A stretch of DNA of 32,000 bases, taken from Demequinaceae bacterium. Lineage in GTDB: Bacteria > Actinomycetota > Actinomycetes > Actinomycetales > Demequinaceae. The stretch covers positions 1,740,001 to 1,772,000 of the forward strand of contig OZ252279.1 in NCBI GenBank assembly GCA_965250005.1, given 5' to 3'. The position numbers and the translations under genes were made by a program. A model generated the notes under the pieces. That model searched no databases, was not told where the DNA came from, and was given only the letters and a program-made list of their open reading frames with translations. This document shows, in pieces, positions 26,442-32,000 of the stretch. Positions within the stretch are counted from its first letter, which is position 1, and each line of letters begins with the position of its first letter.

Positions 26442-26462
26442 GGCGCGCCCGAGCGGCGCGCC
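26442..26462. promoter_or_regulatory. Perfect GC hairpin GGCGCGCC-CGAGC-GGCGCGCC about 20 nt upstream of the recombinase start codon, next to its RBS
   Basis: Read directly from the sequence. It lies between an AT-richer stretch (26470-26560) and the recombinase RBS. No U-tract on either strand, so it is not a classical terminator. Confidence 0.35.
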
Positions 26463-26562
26463 AAAATCTGCGCACTTCTGACATGGGGCTTCTTGAAGAT
26501 AACTCTCTTCACCCGACGAGTCCAGACGTTTGTCATCAGCAACTGTGGTCGCGAAATTGTCG

Positions 26563-27978
26563 CTAATTCGTGTCGTCGCTGGCACCGTAGAGCTCCTCGG
26601 TGTAGAGCCTGCAGCGGGCGCACAAATCATCCCCCAAGAGGGGCTGTTGAAGCGTGCCGGTTTGTGGAATCCTCGGGTCTGCGGCGAGGTCCAGCGGGAT
26701 TGAGATTCCGCACGCCGGTGAGTCGAGGTTCGGTTCGTCGTAGCTACTCCACAGTCGTGGCACCTCGGATAGGGGCGTGTGCCACTTTCCTTTGCCCCGC
26801 TTTGGTGGGTAGAACGTGACTTCGCGTTGGACATACAGCGCTCGGCCTGAGTAGTAGTCCACCCGAGACAGGTCAACTGGCGCGTAATCCGTGGTTGAGA
26901 TTGCGGCCGCGGCCCGTCGAGAAACGTTCGCCCGCATGCTTGCGCATGCGTCAGCAAACTCCGCCCGCGCTTTCGGCAGTGTGGTGTTGCCGCTTGCGAG
27001 GCGTCCCAGAAACTCGTCGACAGGAAACGTCCACCAATATCCTTGCCGCGCGAAGTACCAACCGACTGACTCGATCTCATACACATCGTCTGTATCGGCG
27101 AGCAAATATCCGAGAACCTGCCACGCAAACTTCTTTGAAAGAGCGGCGGTCTTCATGGTCTTCAACTCGACGAGTGCGTGGTCGATCATCATGTCGGCGT
27201 CCGCGCCCCCAAGATCGCGGCTGCGCGCGAATTCGGGATTGCACACGAGCTGAGACTGTCCGCTCAGGTCCTGTGAGGACTCGCGATGGAGCTGGACGAG
27301 TGCTGCGAGGTCCGGCGGAAGTCGCGGGTCAATGAGATCCAGCAGCTCGTCGAGACTCGCGTCGAGGCCCACCTCGAACAGGCGACTCTTCTGTGTGTTG
27401 GGATTGGCGATTCCACCCATGCGATAGATCTGCTCGTACATGGCAAGAAGTCCGCACATTCGCGACAACGCGAGTTCGTCGTCTAGTGCCAGCACGGACT
27501 TCGCCGGGTTGGCGCGATCCACGAGATCGGCGATCGCTCCGAGAAGCGACGTCCAGCCGGTGTCTGGTGCCCGCTCGCCGTGCGGTCGGCGCACGACTTC
27601 TTGCCAACCGAGGTAGGCCGTGAAGCTTTCTGGATCGCCGATTTCATACTGATACCTGAGGCGGTAGTCGAGGGCAGTGCCCGTTAGCGCCCAGGGGTAC
27701 CTGGACTGGTCGTCGGGGAGCACTCTCGCAGATGGCGGGACGAACCGCCGTAGGGTGTGCATCTCAACCGGTCCACTTGGGAGATTGATACTGCCTGGCG
27801 GATCGTCGGTATTCGCAAACTTCAGTTCTGCGGTATTTGGGAAGGCGCGCTCGAAGTAGGCCCTGATCGGGCTGTCTTTGTCGTCTAGGTGCGAAGTGAG
27901 CGACACATTTCCATACTGCCACCCACGGGTCAGGTCGCGCAGGACGGGTGCACTCCATGTGCTGAGCGCGATGATCAT
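26563..27978 (-). CDS. Uncharacterised 471-aa protein with a Cas4/RecB-like PD-(D/E)xK nuclease core and a Cys-containing C-terminal domain
   Basis: GGADADMMIDHALVELKT followed by WQVLGY (QxxxY), with GTALDY upstream. The C-terminus has C-x29-CxxC. ATGA overlap with the upstream Replic_Relax gene. Confidence 0.6.
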   Translation of the reverse strand: MIIALSTWSAPVLRDLTRGWQYGNVSLTSHLDDKDSPIRAYFERAFPNTAELKFANTDDPPGSINLPSGPVEMHTLRRFVPPSARVLPDDQSRYPWALTGTALDYRLRYQYEIGDPESFTAYLGWQEVVRRPHGERAPDTGWTSLLGAIADLVDRANPAKSVLALDDELALSRMCGLLAMYEQIYRMGGIANPNTQKSRLFEVGLDASLDELLDLIDPRLPPDLAALVQLHRESSQDLSGQSQLVCNPEFARSRDLGGADADMMIDHALVELKTMKTAALSKKFAWQVLGYLLADTDDVYEIESVGWYFARQGYWWTFPVDEFLGRLASGNTTLPKARAEFADACASMRANVSRRAAAAISTTDYAPVDLSRVDYYSGRALYVQREVTFYPPKRGKGKWHTPLSEVPRLWSSYDEPNLDSPACGISIPLDLAADPRIPQTGTLQQPLLGDDLCARCRLYTEELYGASDDTN

Positions 27979-28805
27979 TTTGGCCCTGAGTCTGTGAGGC
28001 CAGCCAGGTGCAGCATCGTGGCCGGTTCGACGACGCGGAAGACGCGCCCATCAAGCCGCCTGTCGCCGCCGATAGCGGCCCTCAGGCGCTCACGGCGGTG
28101 CTCATCGCCGATGAGCCACACAACGGCCGGAAACAGCCCGAGGCGGGTCTGTTCCCGGCCCGAGGCTCTGTACGCCTCATAGCTAAGGCATTTGCGGATC
28201 AGGGCTGGGATGGATTCGGTTGCGAGGTCGACTTCGATGAACCAACGGTCTTCGAAGTCGCCGATAGCACTCTTCAGCGCTAGGTCCGGCTTCAACACCT
28301 GCGCCGTGCCCTGACGACTCGTGAACTCGCGCCAGCAGGCCGGTTCCGTCTGCACGCCCAGCAACTCGAACCGTTCTTGGCGGCTTGCGTCCTCTAGCGT
28401 GACGCGCAGCTCGGCCACCGCAAGCGTGTGTGCCAGAAACTGGTGGGTCGGCTCGAACGGTCGAGTGCGCTTTGTGCGCGCCGGGTTCGGCTCGGCGCGC
28501 ATCAAACGGTCGCCAGCGGGCCCAACGCACCACACGTATGCGCTGGATCCACCTCGCACCCCGCCGATGGGCCGCTCAAGCCGGTGCAGCACCCGTCGCT
28601 CGCGCAGACGAGTGAGCACTCGATTGCATGCGCGGATCCCGGCGCCGCGTGTCGCATGTTGCCAGAAGTGGAGGCGTTGAATGTGGCCGGTGGTGACGAA
28701 GCGGTGTTCCCACACCACGTGCAGGATCGCCCAGTCACGCTCTGACAGCATCGAACGCAACGTAGAGACGTTGTGGCTACCGAGCCGATTGTTGGGAGGC
28801 GTCAC
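27975..28805 (-). CDS. Replication-relaxation (Replic_Relax) family protein, putative MOBC-type relaxase
   Basis: N-terminal wHTH-like region (ILHVVWEHRFVTTGHIQRL...VLTRLRERRVLHRLERP), then FLAHTLAVAE, VLKPDLAL and WFIEVDLATES, the pattern I associate with this family. GTG start 28805 with GGAGG 6 nt upstream. Confidence 0.8.
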   Translation of the reverse strand: MTPPNNRLGSHNVSTLRSMLSERDWAILHVVWEHRFVTTGHIQRLHFWQHATRGAGIRACNRVLTRLRERRVLHRLERPIGGVRGGSSAYVWCVGPAGDRLMRAEPNPARTKRTRPFEPTHQFLAHTLAVAELRVTLEDASRQERFELLGVQTEPACWREFTSRQGTAQVLKPDLALKSAIGDFEDRWFIEVDLATESIPALIRKCLSYEAYRASGREQTRLGLFPAVVWLIGDEHRRERLRAAIGGDRRLDGRVFRVVEPATMLHLAGLTDSGPK

Positions 28806-28828
28806 CTGCAGCCTCCATGGACGAAAGG

Positions 28829-28847
28829 TGACGGCCAGGGGCCGTCA
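28829..28847. promoter_or_regulatory. 8-bp hairpin TGACGGCC-AGG-GGCCGTCA upstream of the Replic_Relax gene
   Basis: Read directly from the sequence. On the minus strand it is followed by CCTTTCG. Confidence 0.35.
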
Positions 28848-28911
28848 GTCGTCTCCCGAAACGCGGCGGACGCGGCGGGTAGCGGGCGAAACACTGGTCG
28901 CTGGGTCGTCG

Positions 28912-28935
28912 CGACTGGACGGTCGACTGGACGGG
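28912..28935. repeat. Tandem direct repeat CGACTGGACGG(T/G) x2, with a third partial copy CGACTGGAG at 28960
   Basis: Read directly from the sequence. It lies in the 151-nt gap between the coupling-ATPase stop and the Replic_Relax start. The adjacent GCGGCGGAC/GCGGCGGGT/AGCGGGCG stretch (about 28863-28888) is also reiterated. Confidence 0.6.
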
Positions 28936-28956
28936 CCTCCACTTGCGGTTCGTGCC

Positions 28957-31083
28957 TCACGACTGGAGCCTCGGACGCCGACCAATGACGTCGTCTCCAT
29001 CGTCCTGCGAGCCGGAGTGTCGCGACGCATCTGGCTCGGCGCCCCATCGCTCCTGGCTTGCCACGATGATGTGTTCCGAGTCCGACGACCGCTCCGGGGC
29101 AGGCAGCGTCTTTCCGGACACCCACCGTTGCGGGTGGCCACCGCAAACCAGCTGGGCGTAGACGTGGAACTGCGGCAGCGCCATGAAGTCCTGAGTTTTC
29201 AGCTCGGGTGCGAAGGCAGCCATGTCTTTGGCATCCTTGGCTCCAAGGGTGAAGGTGATCTTGTTGCGCGCGTTGGCGTCAACAGCAGCTCGTGTCGCAG
29301 CATCGAATTGGTCTCGGTACTGGTGTGCCAAATGCCAGGCGACACCAAGTGCGCGGGAACGTGCCAGGGCGTCAGCTAGGTCGCTGTCGAGGCGCAAGAA
29401 CTCCTGGGCCTCGTCAACGTAGATCGAAACTGGGGTTCGAGCATGCGGGTTGACCCGGGCTCGCGCGAGAGTCAGTTGCCACAGTTGAGTCACCAACAAG
29501 GACCCAAGTAATCGCGACGCAGTCGCACCCAGCAAGCCGGTGTTTAGCGGCACCAGCAGGATCTTCTGGTCGGTGAAGATCCGGGCGAGATCGAACCTCG
29601 GGACTGGCTGGTCAAGCACCCGGCGAAGTGAAGGGCGCAGCAGGAACTGTCGCAAGCGCGACAGCACCGGCCCGATGAACTGGGCCTGTTGGGCTACAGA
29701 CAGTGATTCGAAGTTGGCCCAGAATCCGCCAAGTGCTTCGTCGTCGATGGCTGCCAGATGGCGTGCCCGAAACGCGCGGTCGGTCAGAAGGCGCGGCAGC
29801 CAGGCAAGAGTTGCACCGGGTAGTTCGGAAAGGCTGAGGAGCGATGCGTGGAGAACGTCACTAGTTCGAGGCCCGAACATAGACGGGAACAGTCCACGAA
29901 ACACCGCCAGGATGCCATCGGCGACCAGTTCGCGGCTCGCATCGGTGGACGCCAGTGGGTTGAGACCAACCGGCCGTTCGTCCGTCGGGTCGAGAACAAC
30001 GATGTCGTCGCTCCGGTTTGCAGGTATCCGCTTGAGTATTTCGACCACTAGGTCTGATTTCGGGTCAATCACGACGATACCTCGACCCGCCTTGAGGTCG
30101 GCATGGATCAAGTTCAATAGTGCGGTCGACTTGCCCGTTCCGGTCGGTCCCGTCAGAACCGTGTGGAATCTCGCGTCGTCAATGTTGATACCAAGCGGTC
30201 GCTTCTCGCCAGGTGCGGTCGTGTGCGCGAACACACGGGACGTGTCGGGTTCCCTAGCGTCAAGGGCAAGTGGCTTGGGGTGATTCTCAGGTAGTCCCGG
30301 TGCCGTCTCGAGTTCGATCGGCCATCCTGAGATCGCGAGTACTTCTGAGCATGTCAACACCGTGTTGCCGCGCGACGGCAGAATCGCTTCGTTCAGCATG
30401 TCGCTTCGGTCGCGGACTAGATCGACCCTCGTTCCTGGAGATTGGATGGTTCGCAGTGCGGCAAGCACACCAGCAACGAGGGTGCGGACCCGCTGCTCAG
30501 AGTTGGCTCGTGCGCCCACGCGAGCTCGAGCAACAAACGCCAGTTCGGTCTGCTTTGACTCCAGGGCTTTCTTGATCGCCGTCGACGGCTTGCGTGCGCC
30601 GTGCACTAGGAGGGCGAGCGTTGACTGTGTTGGATCGCGATCGGACGCGGCACCCGCTCGGGGAGGGATGCCGCGTCCAAGCACGAGCTGGAGAACAACC
30701 TCGTCGGTCGGTCTCGTGGCCGCACCTAGAGCCGTCAGCAGTGCCAGGCTCGTCTGGCGTGGATGGTCGACGAGAAGTCGCAGTGCGGCTCCGTCAACCC
30801 GAAGACGCGTTGAGGCAGACACTGGGCGACGCGAGCGGTCGCCCTCTTCGACGACGGTCCCGTGCACCAGGTTGGTCAGAGTGGCCGTCAAGCGAGTGGC
30901 AGCAGAGGGTGTGCACCCGAGCAAATAGCGGACGTGGCCGCCGCTCGCATGAACCTCGAACACCACCGCGCCCCGCGTTGCGTCTGACGCAATCTGCTGC
31001 AGCAGGCCAATTGCCTCTACGGTCTCCAGCGGTTGGGGCCAATGGACGCGCCGCCATACGAATTCATGGTTTCGGCGGCGCAT
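28957..31083 (-). CDS. VirD4/TraD-like (FtsK-HerA superfamily) type IV coupling ATPase without N-terminal TM segments
   Basis: Walker A TGPTGTGKST, then GIVVIDPKSD, Walker B SIYVDEAQEF, and ..SRALGVAWHLAHQYRDQF. Start taken at ATG 31083 (AAGGAG 8 nt upstream) rather than 31209. Confidence 0.82.
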   Translation of the reverse strand: MRRRNHEFVWRRVHWPQPLETVEAIGLLQQIASDATRGAVVFEVHASGGHVRYLLGCTPSAATRLTATLTNLVHGTVVEEGDRSRRPVSASTRLRVDGAALRLLVDHPRQTSLALLTALGAATRPTDEVVLQLVLGRGIPPRAGAASDRDPTQSTLALLVHGARKPSTAIKKALESKQTELAFVARARVGARANSEQRVRTLVAGVLAALRTIQSPGTRVDLVRDRSDMLNEAILPSRGNTVLTCSEVLAISGWPIELETAPGLPENHPKPLALDAREPDTSRVFAHTTAPGEKRPLGINIDDARFHTVLTGPTGTGKSTALLNLIHADLKAGRGIVVIDPKSDLVVEILKRIPANRSDDIVVLDPTDERPVGLNPLASTDASRELVADGILAVFRGLFPSMFGPRTSDVLHASLLSLSELPGATLAWLPRLLTDRAFRARHLAAIDDEALGGFWANFESLSVAQQAQFIGPVLSRLRQFLLRPSLRRVLDQPVPRFDLARIFTDQKILLVPLNTGLLGATASRLLGSLLVTQLWQLTLARARVNPHARTPVSIYVDEAQEFLRLDSDLADALARSRALGVAWHLAHQYRDQFDAATRAAVDANARNKITFTLGAKDAKDMAAFAPELKTQDFMALPQFHVYAQLVCGGHPQRWVSGKTLPAPERSSDSEHIIVASQERWGAEPDASRHSGSQDDGDDVIGRRPRLQS

Positions 31084-31267
31084 CACGCGGCTCCTTGTCC
31101 GATAGAGAGGTGTCGCGGTGCTGTGACGCAGCATCGACCTCGGCCTGGGCGATGTCGAGCAGTGCACGGGAGAGCTTGTGGATGTCGACGGGGTCGCGTC
31201 GGATGCCACTGACGCGAATTCGTCGTGGCTTGCGCTTGTCGTGTCTTCGTGAACTGCTCACCCCCAT
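31064..31267 (-). CDS. Small Arg/Lys-rich protein (67 aa), possible DNA-binding accessory factor
   Basis: ATG 31267 preceded by AAGGGGG. Third-codon-position GC is high by eye. There is a 20-nt overlap with the coupling-ATPase start. Sequence MGVSSSRRHDKRKPRRIRVSGIRRDPVDIHKLSRALLDIAQAE..., no family recognised. Confidence 0.4.
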   Translation of the reverse strand: MGVSSSRRHDKRKPRRIRVSGIRRDPVDIHKLSRALLDIAQAEVDAASQHRDTSLSDKEPRDAPPKP

Positions 31268-31372
31268 CCCGGGCCCCCTTCGGCGAACGGCTCCGGCCTC
31301 GCCCCTCGATTGATGTCGCACTCACCTATGAAGGGCATGAGGCCTGCTGTCAAGAGTGATCGTGAATTCCAC

Positions 31373-31405
31373 AACACCGGACGGACAGTCTGGACGTCTG
31401 GTGTT
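31373..31405. promoter_or_regulatory. Imperfect 11-bp inverted repeat AACACCGGACG / CGTCTGGTGTT in a 172-nt non-coding gap
   Basis: Read directly from the sequence (10 of 11 positions pair). On the minus strand a TTGACA (31348-31353) with ATAGGT 18 nt downstream (31324-31329) lies just after it. Confidence 0.35.
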
Positions 31406-31439
31406 CGGGAAACGAGGCGGTTGTGTTCTGGCATGGCTG

Positions 31440-31637
31440 TCACCATCGATCGAGACGAGCACGCCACCGCGCCCAGCCGACTCGTGCTGCGACCATTGCG
31501 GCCGCGATGAGAAGCAGCCACGGCCATACCTGCGCGACCAAGCTCGCGCCGAGCCACAGCAACCAACAAGCAACGGCTACGCGGGCGGCGCCATAAACGA
31601 TCCGGCGCGTGAGCGCTTCGGTTTCGTTCACGATCAC
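31440..31637 (-). CDS. Small two-TM membrane protein (65 aa)
   Basis: GTGA overlap with the MT-A70 stop. Two hydrophobic helices (AARVAVACWLLWLGASLVA, WPWLLLIAAAMVAA) and a basic C-terminus. Confidence 0.45.
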   Translation of the reverse strand: MIVNETEALTRRIVYGAARVAVACWLLWLGASLVAQVWPWLLLIAAAMVAARVGWARWRARLDRW

Positions 31638-32000
31638 TCACCACCGACTCCTCGTGTTGCTGGCGCATCGGGCACGGGGAAGCCAACGAGATCAACGTCG
31701 GAGTGAATCTCGTTGCCCCACACCTGCCAGCCCGCCCGTGGGCGTCTGGCGAACAGCTCCAGATACGGGCCATCGGAGACCCGCTCGATGATGTCGTGTA
31801 CTTCCTCGGGTTTGTGGGAGTGCTCTTGGACCGGTGCAAACAGCCACGTGCCTTGGCCGCGGTAGCGCACGGGTGCCTTTCCGCGAGTGCCGAGCATCAC
31901 GTGCTCGGTCATGTTCCGCAAATACGGCCCGAGACCAAGGCGCGGCTTCACCCACGTCAGCAGCGACCGGTACTCGAACCCCCACGCCTCCAACACTTCT
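31634..32000 (-). CDS. MT-A70-family (N6-adenine) DNA methyltransferase, C-terminal part (5' end outside window)
   Basis: ...GFEYRSLLTWVKPRLGLGPYLRNMTEHVMLGTRGK...HSHKPEEVHDIIERV...YLELFARR...GW.VWGNE matches the C-terminal half of MT-A70 enzymes. The DPPW motif would lie beyond 32000. Confidence 0.8.
   Translation of the reverse strand, partial: EVLEAWGFEYRSLLTWVKPRLGLGPYLRNMTEHVMLGTRGKAPVRYRGQGTWLFAPVQEHSHKPEEVHDIIERVSDGPYLELFARRPRAGWQVWGNEIHSDVDLVGFPVPDAPATRGVGGE

Larger units (their letters stand above)
24772..32000 (-). mobile_element. Integrated conjugative/mobilisable element abutting tRNA-Ala (right end outside window)
   Basis: A contiguous minus-strand operon-like array of a serine recombinase, a Replic_Relax protein, a VirD4/TraD-like ATPase and an MT-A70 methylase starts right after a tRNA gene. 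This follows a long stretch of core genes. The left junction lies somewhere in 24772-24900. Confidence 0.75.

Noticed and set aside
26423-26623. N-terminal extension of the recombinase to a 708-aa ORF
   Set aside because: The resolvase domain begins right after ATG 26422, which has a strong RBS (GGAAGGAGG). The 67 upstream codons cross the hairpin and AT-rich leader and overlap the end of the 471-aa gene.
31084-31209. N-terminal extension of the coupling ATPase to 750 aa
   Set aside because: ATG 31083 has AAGGAG 8 nt upstream. The extension is Ser/Thr/Pro/Arg-rich and overlaps the better-supported 67-aa ORF in another frame.
1-32000. CRISPR arrays, rRNA genes, IS elements with terminal inverted repeats
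   Set aside because: I found no regularly spaced repeats, no rRNA-like conserved blocks and no transposase-like ORFs when reading the window and the ORF track.

Overview
High-GC actinobacterial (Actinomycetota) chromosome segment; the GC level is judged by eye, not computed. Bases 1 to about 24.7 kb are tightly packed core genome. In order: the groEL 3' end, DUF4031, an orphan WXG100 gene, an HD-like protein, an OmpR-type regulator and histidine kinase pair, csp-DUF3027, an MFS transporter, a CAP-domain protein, serC, manA, ugd and ideR/dtxR (ATGA-coupled), NlpC/P60, an aldo/keto reductase, a polytopic membrane protein and tRNA-Arg(CCT). Next comes a roughly 1,400-aa Upf1/DUF4011-like protein whose helicase and nuclease motifs all look degenerate. 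It is followed by an FmdB-like gene, 5-FTHF cyclo-ligase, galU, moeA(glp), rimJ and a membrane protein, in the same order as I recall for M. tuberculosis Rv0991c-Rv0996, ending at tRNA-Ala(CGC). Directly 3' of tRNA-Ala an integrated conjugative or mobilisable element begins and runs off the window. All its genes are on the minus strand: an MT-A70 methyltransferase (partial), a small 2-TM protein, a small basic protein, a TM-less VirD4/TraD-like coupling ATPase, a replication-relaxation protein, an uncharacterised 471-aa Cas4/RecB-like PD-(D/E)xK protein and a large serine recombinase. Three observations stand out. (i) The Replic_Relax and 471-aa nuclease genes are translationally coupled. (ii) The recombinase ORF has no stop codon inside the island and reads antisense through the tRNA-Ala terminator, tRNA-Ala and the 3' end of the neighbouring host gene. 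(iii) The giant pseudo-helicase/pseudo-nuclease looks catalytically inert. No CRISPR array, rRNA or IS element was seen. All family calls come from motif recognition by eye, since no searches could be run.
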